DNA of 64,000 bases from an uncultured virus (IMG/VR IMGVR_UViG_3300021387_000281) (IMGVR_UViG_3300021387_000281), one strand, 5' to 3'. Shown: positions 55,104 to 63,392, counted from the first letter of the stretch. Notes: generated by a model from the sequence alone, not told the origin. Translations and numbers: made by a program.

Positions 55104-56192
55104 TTACTCTTTCTTCAGACGTGGATAGACATTGTAGTTAGCATCTTCATAGGTGAAAGAGAGATTTCTAAGACACATAATAGCACCAGGCTCATTGTTT
55201 CTGTAGTAATCTTTTACTAGCCTCTGAAAGATTTCATAGTCTTTTTCAGAGATGGTATCTTCTCCGAAATAGATGTGGGCTCTTGCTGTGCCATTAAGGA
55301 GTATTTTGAACATATACTTAGCAGCAGTGGTATTGGTGGCAGGATTATACTGCCAATTACCAGCTTCACATAAGATACGTTTTACACTCTGAGGACAGCT
55401 CATATAGTCCATAGCAGCCAGAGCCTTGATAGCAGAGCCTTTAGTGTCTTGGTCTGAGCTATTCAACATATCCCTAATAGAAACAAGATTTTCATAAGTG
55501 ATTTCGTTGTCTTTATCATTGAGTGACTTGATAACATCACTTTCTCTCACCAGTTTATCAGAAGGGATAGTGCCATTTAAGATATCTAACTCAGCTGTAG
55601 GGTCAGCACTTTCAAGTCTAATAAAAGAATAGTGTCCCAGAAATTCTGATTCTAATATTCCTAAGTTACCCTTTTCAAGAGCATAGATTTGATTGTACTG
55701 AACTTGAGTGATAAAGTCAAGGAAGGGAGCACCTTGCGCTTGAGAAGGAGCATCTACTTTATTATCATACAAGATATAGATGGCTTTTCTCTTCTCGTTG
55801 ATAAAGAATAGCCCCTGATAGAATGTTCCTTCTATAAACTGTGTTGGCAATACTATTGCATCTGCCATCCAAGGATTCAATACCTTCTTGTATTTCTTTG
55901 CTACATGACTTCTCGGAATCTTACATTCAGGATAGATATAGAGTTTCTTGGCTGTACTAAGAATACCTTCATTATATTGTACCATCTTGTTCCAATCAAC
56001 ATACTCATCACCCCAACCTGATTTTATTCTCGGAATATTATCCCCACAGATGAACAGCATCCAACTATAATAGAGGTACTGATGAAAATCATATCTACTT
56101 ATACTATTGTTTGGGTCTATTAGACTATTACGGAAAGTATAAATAGTATAGTCTTCGAAGCCATATAGTGCTTTTTTATTGCTTCTTACCAT
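55104..56192 (-). CDS. hypothetical protein associated with the AAA/VWA pair
   Basis: 362-aa ORF starting 6 nt after the AAA ATPase stop. Confidence 0.7.
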   Translation of the reverse strand: MVRSNKKALYGFEDYTIYTFRNSLIDPNNSISRYDFHQYLYYSWMLFICGDNIPRIKSGWGDEYVDWNKMVQYNEGILSTAKKLYIYPECKIPRSHVAKKYKKVLNPWMADAIVLPTQFIEGTFYQGLFFINEKRKAIYILYDNKVDAPSQAQGAPFLDFITQVQYNQIYALEKGNLGILESEFLGHYSFIRLESADPTAELDILNGTIPSDKLVRESDVIKSLNDKDNEITYENLVSIRDMLNSSDQDTKGSAIKALAAMDYMSCPQSVKRILCEAGNWQYNPATNTTAAKYMFKILLNGTARAHIYFGEDTISEKDYEIFQRLVKDYYRNNEPGAIMCLRNLSFTYEDANYNVYPRLKKE

Positions 56193-56198
56193 AGAATA

Positions 56199-57431
56199 TT
56201 ACAGTATTACTTTGTTACGGATTTTAGAATTAAGTAAAAGTTTGGTAGTTTTTGCAGGATACTTACCGATGACAGTCTTGATGATATGGAACAGCAAATC
56301 GTCAGAGAGAAGCTTTCTACCATTTTCAATGAACTCAAGAAGCCTATCTTGTACTACATCCTGTTTAGAACCTTTCTGAGAGAAATAGAACATGATATAA
56401 TTCAATAGTCTGATAGCAAGAATACTTGCAATCTCAGGCTTGAATCTATCACTATCCCACACGCAATTGAAGATTCTTGGTTCTACTGTTTCCCACTTCA
56501 TCTCCAGCATGTCTTTAGGCTGTATCAATTTATCCATCTTCTGAGCAATGAAGGTAGTAAAGAGATTACCTACTACATTGTCTTTATCATTGAGGAAACA
56601 GCCTTTAGAGATGCTCAGAATGAGGGCCAAAGAGTTTTCATCGTCCCAATTCTTAATACCTGAGATAGCCTTACAGAATGTGGTATAAGCTCTTGGATTG
56701 ATGGTCTGTACTCCATTGTGCTTCTTAAAGATTTCCTCACCATAGAGGAGAGCAAAATTGATTGCACGACCATCTATAGAGTTATTCTCAGCCCATGCAG
56801 CCCAATCATTGATGTTGAGCTTAAGATTAAAGTTAATAAAACGAGTCTTCTGAGCTGAGTCAAGAGACTGCACTGAGAATTGTCCATCATCGGGATTAGT
56901 GGTGAGAAGTATGGAAGTATTCTTAGGTAGAGACCATGAGATATACTTTCCTTCATTGATGAGTTCCATAGTAGCCTGCATAAAGAGGGCATTTGCTCTG
57001 GTATAGTCATCAAGACATAGGATAGTGCCATTAGGATTCTCTTCCCTGGGAAGCCATGAAGGAGTAGCATATCCCATGCGAGTTTTATTGGTAATGGTAA
57101 CACCTGCACGGATACTATCTTTCAGGTTTTCAGGCCACCATTTAGTCTTTATAGTACCATCCTTGGATTTCCATTGTACAAGAACTTCCTTTTGGGGGTA
57201 GCCACATAGATCACCTACCTCCTCCAGCTGAGACAGATTCAACTTACAAAGAGTCATGCCTCTTTTCTCTGCTACTTGCTGAATGAGGGAAGTCTTTCCA
57301 ATTCCAGCTTCTCCTTCTATGCCTATGGCTATAGGAGTTAGACCTTTATCTTGTAACTCTCGGTTATTATCAAGAAGATAATTTAGTACATCAGTAAACT
57401 CACTGATGGTCATTTCATTTAAGTTATTCAT
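56199..57431 (-). CDS. MoxR-like AAA+ ATPase
   Basis: Walker A GEAGIGKT, Walker B LCLDDYTRA, sensor TTNP, DSAQKTRF. Confidence 0.88.
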   Translation of the reverse strand: MNNLNEMTISEFTDVLNYLLDNNRELQDKGLTPIAIGIEGEAGIGKTSLIQQVAEKRGMTLCKLNLSQLEEVGDLCGYPQKEVLVQWKSKDGTIKTKWWPENLKDSIRAGVTITNKTRMGYATPSWLPREENPNGTILCLDDYTRANALFMQATMELINEGKYISWSLPKNTSILLTTNPDDGQFSVQSLDSAQKTRFINFNLKLNINDWAAWAENNSIDGRAINFALLYGEEIFKKHNGVQTINPRAYTTFCKAISGIKNWDDENSLALILSISKGCFLNDKDNVVGNLFTTFIAQKMDKLIQPKDMLEMKWETVEPRIFNCVWDSDRFKPEIASILAIRLLNYIMFYFSQKGSKQDVVQDRLLEFIENGRKLLSDDLLFHIIKTVIGKYPAKTTKLLLNSKIRNKVIL

Positions 57432-57500
57432 TGTTGTTTCGTTAATTAATAGTACGAATTAAATTGCCATAAAATAGCAACATGCAGTACAAAGAAGTTA

Positions 57501-58283
57501 TCATACATCGAGAAGAGGGTAATTAAAGCCAACTTTTTTATATACAGCATAAGGATTAAGTCTTAGTTGATACTCGTGCTGCCTTAACTCTTCTATCATG
57601 CACTTTTTACACTCCTCTTGTTCCTTTTTTAGAAGATCATTGGAAACAAAAGTTGTAAAATTCACATACCCTCTATTACAAGAATAAACACCAAGACTTA
57701 TTCCTTCCCTATGATAAGTGATAAGATTTCCATAGCCCTTTTTCTTAATACATGAATCATCTTTAGCTATATAATACTTTCCCTCTTCATCTTTGCTTAG
57801 ATAATAGCCATTATCCCATGTATCCATTGACATGTGGTGAACACGAAAAACCATTTTTACTAATTCTAAGAAATTTGGTCCCTTAATACCTTTAGGTTCC
57901 ACATATCTTTCTCTAAAACGGTTGAAGTAATGAGGGGTGAAATCAAAGCAATAGAATTCACCATCATCACTGCCTTGATATGAATAAATTCCTACTCCAT
58001 TATTTATAGATTCTTTAGCATGATTTATAAAATACTTCTGAAAAGCACTTACACATATAACTCCTTTGCGTAAGCTACTCTTTGCCTCTGCCTCACACAT
58101 AATAGTCCAAACTCCCATTCCTGGAATTTCTTCATCTTTTGTATAGAAGTAAGGAAAGCTTTTGGCTTTTGATAATATTTTGTGTATTCTAACCCTTTTA
58201 TTAAAAGACATATTGCGGATGTAGTTATCTATTGTCCTCATCTGAGAGTATTTCTCTTCTGGAGTCATTGTTTGTAGTATCAT
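57501..58283 (-). CDS. hypothetical protein (AT-rich) inserted between the VWA and AAA genes
   Basis: 260 aa; FTPHYFNRFRER motif; ATGA overlap with the VWA gene. Confidence 0.7.
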   Translation of the reverse strand: MILQTMTPEEKYSQMRTIDNYIRNMSFNKRVRIHKILSKAKSFPYFYTKDEEIPGMGVWTIMCEAEAKSSLRKGVICVSAFQKYFINHAKESINNGVGIYSYQGSDDGEFYCFDFTPHYFNRFRERYVEPKGIKGPNFLELVKMVFRVHHMSMDTWDNGYYLSKDEEGKYYIAKDDSCIKKKGYGNLITYHREGISLGVYSCNRGYVNFTTFVSNDLLKKEQEECKKCMIEELRQHEYQLRLNPYAVYKKVGFNYPLLDV

Positions 58284-59569
58284 AGCTTTTCTTTTGGAAT
58301 ATAGATTGTCTTACCAGGGAAATCCTGGTGCATGCCATTAGAGGTGATTACCCATACCATGCCAGAAGGACGCTTGAGAGGAAGAGAACATTCCCCATCA
58401 GTGAAATAGATGAGGGAAGCATACTCTTTACGATGCTTAATGTAATACTCTACAGGGGGATTGAAGTTTGTGCCTCCACGCCCTACAATCTCAGGAATCA
58501 TCTTACCGTCATATTCTACTATCTTGTTGATGCGAGCATCACACTCAAGAATAGTGACACGAGCTCCTGCCTTATAGATATACTCAATCTCAGAGAAGAA
58601 GTCTTGAAGTTCCTTAGAGGATACAGAGCCTGAAGTATCGACAGCTACAAGTATAGAAACTTTCTTCTTGTGCTGAATACCTGCTGCTCCTTCAAATCGC
58701 TTGCTTTGCTTGCGTCTGGTAGACTTAATATTTACATCATAGATACTTCCAAGCATCCGACGGAAATAAGCCTTCCAGTTAAAAATCTCAGGCTTTTTCT
58801 CACGTAGTTTCTCTACTATCTCACGAAGCTCCATAGGAATAGTACCACACTGCTTCTCAATCTGCTCAGCAGTAGCCTTTACAATAGAGTTGATATTGTT
58901 CTGTATGAGTTGCTGAGTAGCTTGTGGGATATCTTTAAAGTCTTTCCATGAGTCATGGGAGTCTATAGGCTTGAAACCTTTATTAAGGATTTCTTCTGGG
59001 TATTCTTGCTTCTGAGGTTCTTGCTGTTCTTGGGGAGTATTACCCTCTCCCTCCTCTTTCTTCTCTTCTTGAGAGTTCTGAGAAGATTGAGGATTCTGAG
59101 AATTTTGAGACTGTCCTCCCTGACCTCCATTACAAGGCAGTTGGGGAGATTGGGCTTGTTGTTGCTGTTGTTGTTGCATCAGAGCCTCATAGTAGAACTT
59201 AGTACCTTTGCCATTAGGGAGACCCAACTGAGATGCAAAGCATCCGTCTTTAGGAAGATTGTCTATGTAGGAGTTTACTTCCATATCCATAGCAACATTG
59301 ACCATCTTATGATTAGGGAGATGGTCCCAAGTACCAAAGATATGCTGAAGGGCTATATGACTAAGCTCATGGGTGAGAAGGGCTATCTGTTCATCATCAG
59401 TATGTTCTTTCCAAAAGTCAGGATTGATAATAAGTTCACAGCCAAGTCCTTGCTTTTTTACTCCTAACGTAGGAACTGCCTTGCTTTCCCTTTTGGACAG
59501 GCTTAATGCAAAGAGTCCATAGAAAGGATTCTTAATAAGCAGACGTTTAAATGCTTTTTCTAATTCCAT
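58280..59569 (-). CDS. metallopeptidase-like plus VWA domain protein (DUF2201-like)
   Basis: THELSHIALQH...NVAMDMEVN, Gln-rich linker, MIDAS DTSGS, GRGGT.F, YFTDG. Confidence 0.88.
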   Translation of the reverse strand: MELEKAFKRLLIKNPFYGLFALSLSKRESKAVPTLGVKKQGLGCELIINPDFWKEHTDDEQIALLTHELSHIALQHIFGTWDHLPNHKMVNVAMDMEVNSYIDNLPKDGCFASQLGLPNGKGTKFYYEALMQQQQQQQAQSPQLPCNGGQGGQSQNSQNPQSSQNSQEEKKEEGEGNTPQEQQEPQKQEYPEEILNKGFKPIDSHDSWKDFKDIPQATQQLIQNNINSIVKATAEQIEKQCGTIPMELREIVEKLREKKPEIFNWKAYFRRMLGSIYDVNIKSTRRKQSKRFEGAAGIQHKKKVSILVAVDTSGSVSSKELQDFFSEIEYIYKAGARVTILECDARINKIVEYDGKMIPEIVGRGGTNFNPPVEYYIKHRKEYASLIYFTDGECSLPLKRPSGMVWVITSNGMHQDFPGKTIYIPKEKL

Positions 59570-59584
59570 AATAATAGATATTTA

Positions 59585-59612
59585 GTCGTTATGCTATAAC
59601 GACATACTAGAC
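59585..59612 (+). repeat. 7-5-7 palindromic element (dispersed family)
   Basis: GTCGTTA-TGCTA-TAACGAC-ATACTAGAC. Confidence 0.75.
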
Positions 59613-59737
59613 TTAAACTTAGGGCAAGCAGGACAATATGACCATGTAGACTTTGGTCCAAATGTGCAGATAGGAGTTCCTAATATATCATAGAAGAAAT
59701 ACAGGCACTCTTTGCATAAATGGTCTTTAGATGGCAT
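59594..59737 (-). CDS. small Cys-rich protein (47 aa)
   Basis: MPSKDHLCKECLYFFYDILGTPICTFGPKSTWSYCPACPKFKSSMSL; GGAGG upstream; ends TAG. Not in the ORF track. Confidence 0.55.
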   Translation of the reverse strand: MPSKDHLCKECLYFFYDILGTPICTFGPKSTWSYCPACPKFKSSMSL

Positions 59738-59739
59738 AA

Positions 59740-59877
59740 CTACCACCTCCTTTCCCTTAGTAAGTCATACTCAGTGAATACTCTCCAGTTTTTGTCAACA
59801 TAGTACTTTACCTTGTTGACAGTGGCAGCATAGTACAATGTGCTGCCTTTACGATTATAAATGATTTCGTTTTTCAT
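59740..59877 (-). CDS. small hypothetical protein (45 aa)
   Basis: MKNEIIYNRKGSTLYYAATVNKVKYYVDKNWRVFTEYDLLRERRW; ends TAG 2 nt before the next ATG; alternative start at 59901. Confidence 0.55.
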   Translation of the reverse strand: MKNEIIYNRKGSTLYYAATVNKVKYYVDKNWRVFTEYDLLRERRW

Positions 59878-59922
59878 TACAGTAAGCTTTTTTTCAATCA
59901 TTCATTGTAGGTACAATTATAA

Positions 59923-60315
59923 TTAATCTTGTTTTCTAGGTTCTGGATAAGTAGCACACACCCAGTTATAGAAAGATTCTGCAATCTTCTCTATCTCTTC
60001 AATGGTAGTATCATCATGCCATGTGAGAAATAGTTCCATTCTTTCATCAATAGTTCTAGATACATCAACATGTACCTCAATTCCTACATGATTTCTCTCT
60101 TTCTCAGGAAGTCTATTCCATAGTTCCCTCTTTAGAGAATAGTCATAGATGGAAAGAAGCAGCTGGTAACCATTTCTATTTTCTTCCCATTTATTATCTT
60201 TCTTATGAAAGCCTTTGCCTATAACATAATCCTCTTCATGCCAATGCTGAATATATTTCTTATACCCTCTTTCATAGAGAGATTGTGCAAGAGGCTCAAA
60301 CTGGTCTTTGTTCAT
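59923..60315 (-). CDS. hypothetical protein
   Basis: 130-aa ORF in the packed - strand operon. Confidence 0.65.
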   Translation of the reverse strand: MNKDQFEPLAQSLYERGYKKYIQHWHEEDYVIGKGFHKKDNKWEENRNGYQLLLSIYDYSLKRELWNRLPEKERNHVGIEVHVDVSRTIDERMELFLTWHDDTTIEEIEKIAESFYNWVCATYPEPRKQD

Positions 60316-60466
60316 GTTTTCTTTCTTTTTTTAACTGTTCTCTTTTATACTCTGCAATATAGCGGGTAGCTTGTACTTTTTCTCTACCACCTCTGTTCCA
60401 ATACCAATCTTTCCAGTATTCTTTAGGATTAGTTTTCCACATGGGAGCTTTAGAAATACTATCCAT
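60296..60466 (-). CDS. small basic Trp-rich protein (56 aa)
   Basis: MDSISKAPMWKTNPKEYWKDWYWNRGGREKVQATRYIAEYKREQLKKERKHEQRPV; TAATG coupling to the upstream gene. Confidence 0.6.
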   Translation of the reverse strand: MDSISKAPMWKTNPKEYWKDWYWNRGGREKVQATRYIAEYKREQLKKERKHEQRPV

Positions 60467-60642
60467 TACTTCAAGACTTCTTTATGAAAGGTTATATTTC
60501 CCTGGGTAAACATCCATTGACAGTCATTGGCTCTATGTCCAAGAGAGTCTAAGAGTTCATCTATATCAGGCTCATTATCATATTTTACAGGATAGATATC
60601 TACTTCTCCTGTAGTAAAGTCAAGAATAATTAACTTTTCCAT
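60466..60642 (-). CDS. small acidic protein (58 aa)
   Basis: MEKLIILDFTTGEVDIYPVKYDNEPDIDELLDSLGHRANDCQWMFTQGNITFHKEVLK; TAATG overlaps at both ends. Confidence 0.65.
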   Translation of the reverse strand: MEKLIILDFTTGEVDIYPVKYDNEPDIDELLDSLGHRANDCQWMFTQGNITFHKEVLK

Positions 60643-60812
60643 TATATTACCTTTTTTAATGTTTCAATGAGAGCATCACGTATAATGCTCTTGTCTTTTA
60701 AATCACATCTATGAAGTGCTACATAGTTTCTTCGGTAATTACCATACTAGTCAGTATAGTCTTTTACTTTACAATATGTACCATCTTCATTAACAGTAAT
60801 AGTAATCTTCAT
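60642..60812 (-). CDS. 56-codon gene with one in-frame TAG (codon 22), intact if TAG is read as Gln
   Basis: MKITITVNEDGTYCKVKDYTD[TAG]YGNYRRNYVALHRCDLKDKSIIRDALIETLKKVI-TAA. Start overlaps the upstream stop (TGATG) and stop overlaps the downstream start (TAATG). Confidence 0.65.
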
Positions 60813-61258
60813 CAGTTCTCAACATATTCAGTTTCATCTTCTGTCCAACCTTCACACTCCTCAATAAGATGCTTGATTTCCCTCTTTTTCTGCTTTGTCC
60901 TAGCATCATTGGCTTCCTCTGCATCCTTTAATATATCCCATTGTTTCATAAGGTATTCCTTGAACTTATTTATAAGTTCTAATGGGGTATAATGGTCATT
61001 CTTATATTCTTTATCCCAATTAGTATCAGAAGTATCATCAGAGTCATGCCAGCCCACAGCAGTATAACCACCTTCATCATCAGACTCATAATCTACTCCA
61101 GATGCTCCAGGAATGTAGTTATCTGTGTAAACAATGACATTTTTACTGAGAGATTGAGAACAAGTTACTTCAAACTCTTTCTCTGGAATAACAGGTTCAT
61201 TCCAAGGTGCTGATGGATCAAACTCAGATCCTGCAGGATAATAGCCACTTTCAATCAT
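60812..61258 (-). CDS. acidic hypothetical protein
   Basis: 148 aa; N-terminal YYPAGSEFDPSAPWNE; ATGA overlap with the upstream gene. Confidence 0.7.
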   Translation of the reverse strand: MIESGYYPAGSEFDPSAPWNEPVIPEKEFEVTCSQSLSKNVIVYTDNYIPGASGVDYESDDEGGYTAVGWHDSDDTSDTNWDKEYKNDHYTPLELINKFKEYLMKQWDILKDAEEANDARTKQKKREIKHLIEECEGWTEDETEYVEN

Positions 61259-61860
61259 ATAAAATCAAACATTATAAAGTTGTCAGAACCTAAATGTTTT
61301 GCATAGTTATCTGCATTATGTATCTGCGCATATAACCAAGGCCAGAAGTCATCAAGTTTAGCATACCATTTATTCTTATTTGAGCCAAACATTGAAGTAG
61401 TAGAGCTATAGCAATGGGTGATGTTAGGAGTGATGAAGTGAGAATTGTACAACTGTTTCCAATCATATTTTCTCCTACCTTCAAGGAAATAAATCTTATT
61501 GAAGGTTCTATCAATCATCTCACAGAATTCAGTAAACTTCTCCTCCTGATACTCCTGTGACTTCACCTTATGATTCTGCTCTAACAACACTCTTACATAT
61601 ACAGGTTCCTGCTTACCTTTATCATTGAGGAATTGAAGGTCAGCAAGAAGTTTTTCCACAGAGATGTCAAAAGAGAGTATCCCATGCCTAATTAAGAGAC
61701 CATCCTTACTGAAGAATAGTCTCAGGTCAAACATACGTACTCCAGCATTCCACTGATTAATGATGGAATGCTTCTGACATCTTGCCATAAAGCGGAAGGG
61801 GTACATATACCAGTATTTAGGACGGGCATAAGACCAAGAGTTATGACTAGCTAATCTCAT
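61255..61860 (-). CDS. PI-PLC-like (TIM-barrel) phosphodiesterase
   Basis: ASHNS...CQ..SI..Q.NAGVRMFDLR...RHG are PI-PLC X-domain motifs. Confidence 0.75.
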   Translation of the reverse strand: MRLASHNSWSYARPKYWYMYPFRFMARCQKHSIINQWNAGVRMFDLRLFFSKDGLLIRHGILSFDISVEKLLADLQFLNDKGKQEPVYVRVLLEQNHKVKSQEYQEEKFTEFCEMIDRTFNKIYFLEGRRKYDWKQLYNSHFITPNITHCYSSTTSMFGSNKNKWYAKLDDFWPWLYAQIHNADNYAKHLGSDNFIMFDFI

Positions 61861-61866
61861 ATTCCT

Positions 61867-62241
61867 TTAGAAGTTAATCTCATGTTTCTTTACAAGTTCT
61901 ATATATTTAGTGAGATACCAATTAGCTTTCTTAATATCCTCTAAACCACCTTTTCTATTGCTGCGCCAATTATACTTAAAGGCATTCAATCTGCACCAGA
62001 TAGCCACTTCTGCATCTCCAAAAGCTGCTCTCATGGCATCTATGCACTCTATCTTCACAGAAGGGCTCTTCGACTGATAATGTTTGGGGTGATTTACCAT
62101 ATCATTGGTAGTGACGGGGTCACTACATACAGGACTCTCAGCATAGTCTTTATTGGTGATAGACATATTGGTATAGTCTGTATTAGACTTACCTTCTTGT
62201 AGCTGATTGAATACAATTTTCTTTACTTCTTCACTTGTCAT
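61867..62241 (-). CDS. DUF3310-like protein (T7 gp1.7-type nucleotide kinase family)
   Basis: DMVNHPKHY...IECIDAM...NAFKYNWR...KGGLEDIKKANWYL. Confidence 0.8.
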   Translation of the reverse strand: MTSEEVKKIVFNQLQEGKSNTDYTNMSITNKDYAESPVCSDPVTTNDMVNHPKHYQSKSPSVKIECIDAMRAAFGDAEVAIWCRLNAFKYNWRSNRKGGLEDIKKANWYLTKYIELVKKHEINF

Positions 62242-62690
62242 TATTCTTCTTCCTCCTTTTCTTCTGAATGAATGTTATAATACTCGTAGTCTACTTGCTT
62301 GATACCTTCGATGAGAAGGTCATAGCCTTCCTTAGCTAACTGTTGGGCATTATGGTTAGCCTCTGTAAGGTCATTAGCCCATAAGAGAACCTGATACCTG
62401 AGAGCTTTCTCATTACCATCATCATCAACAAAGATGTCTTTGAGAGTAGCAATGAAAGAATACTCACCTTTGAACTGATCGGCAATCTCCTTGATAGAAG
62501 ACATCTTCATAGAGGTAATATAGAAGTCAAAGATTGGACCTCCATAAGCTTCCAAATCAGCTTCAAGAAGGTGAGTAAGAGCATACTCAGCATTTGAGAA
62601 GAACTCAGTCTCTGTAAGGTAGGTTTCTACAGTTTTTCGATACTTGTTATCAACCTTACGGGTGATTTTGATTTTTGTTTCTATTAGCAT
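62241..62690 (-). CDS. DUF4494-like protein
   Basis: ETKIK...K.VETYL..TE.FS.AE and D.FVDDDGNEK....VLL.A duplicated-domain pattern. Confidence 0.6.
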   Translation of the reverse strand: MLIETKIKITRKVDNKYRKTVETYLTETEFFSNAEYALTHLLEADLEAYGGPIFDFYITSMKMSSIKEIADQFKGEYSFIATLKDIFVDDDGNEKALRYQVLLWANDLTEANHNAQQLAKEGYDLLIEGIKQVDYEYYNIHSEEKEEEE

Positions 62691-62708
62691 AATTGTTTTG
62701 ATTTTTTA

Positions 62709-62736
62709 GTTGCTATAACATAGCAACATACTGGAC
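62709..62736 (+). repeat. 7-5-7 palindromic element (dispersed family)
   Basis: GTTGCTA-TAACA-TAGCAAC-ATACTGGAC. Confidence 0.75.
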
Positions 62737-62990
62737 TAAGATATAGCTAACTGGCCTAAGCCACACTCTTTAAGGCGAGCATTAGCATAGTTGTGACGAA
62801 GCTCTGAGAGTTTCTCTACAATTTCCTTTGTTGCCCACTGCTTTTCAATAGGAACAAAAGGGACACCATTGTAAGCAATAAATAGACTATCATCAAAGTC
62901 ATCGAGAGTAATGAGTCTCTCAGCTTCTTCCATGATGTTTGCATAACGCTTGGTTTGAGATTTTTCTCTGATTGTACGAATGAATTCCAT
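62736..62990 (-). CDS. hypothetical protein
   Basis: 84-aa ORF in the operon; ends TAG. Confidence 0.65.
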   Translation of the reverse strand: MEFIRTIREKSQTKRYANIMEEAERLITLDDFDDSLFIAYNGVPFVPIEKQWATKEIVEKLSELRHNYANARLKECGLGQLAIS

Positions 62991-62993
62991 AAT

Positions 62994-63392
62994 TTAAAAC
63001 TTAAATTCAATATTTCTTTTTGAAGGGAATGATTTGATGTAGTCAATAAATCGCTGCATAAGAAGGCTATCTTTATCATCACATCTGTCAATGGCATACA
63101 TTAGCAAATCCTGAAGAGCACTGCAAGACTCCTCATAGGAAAGCTGTGTTTCCATATCAGTAGTGAGAAACAGCTTACGAAGTTCACGAGAGCATTTAAG
63201 CAACCCTTTCCAATTTTGTTTTTCTTTGAACTTTATTGGGGGAACTCCTGCTTTCTTTCTATACTCATCAATATCTACCATTAATGCCTCACAGATGTCT
63301 GGGAGGATATAAAGAATAGTCATGCGAATGTTTGCCTGATACATCAGTTCTTCCTGCTGTTCTTCTGAAATACTATTTAATGTTTCCAACAT
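62994..63392 (-). CDS. hypothetical protein
   Basis: 132-aa ORF overlapping the polymerase stop. Confidence 0.65.
   Translation of the reverse strand: MLETLNSISEEQQEELMYQANIRMTILYILPDICEALMVDIDEYRKKAGVPPIKFKEKQNWKGLLKCSRELRKLFLTTDMETQLSYEESCSALQDLLMYAIDRCDDKDSLLMQRFIDYIKSFPSKRNIEFKF

Noticed and set aside
541..62736. Palindromic elements as a CRISPR array or integron attC sites
   Set aside because: They are dispersed rather than regularly spaced, too short for attC, and no cas or integrase gene is present in the window.
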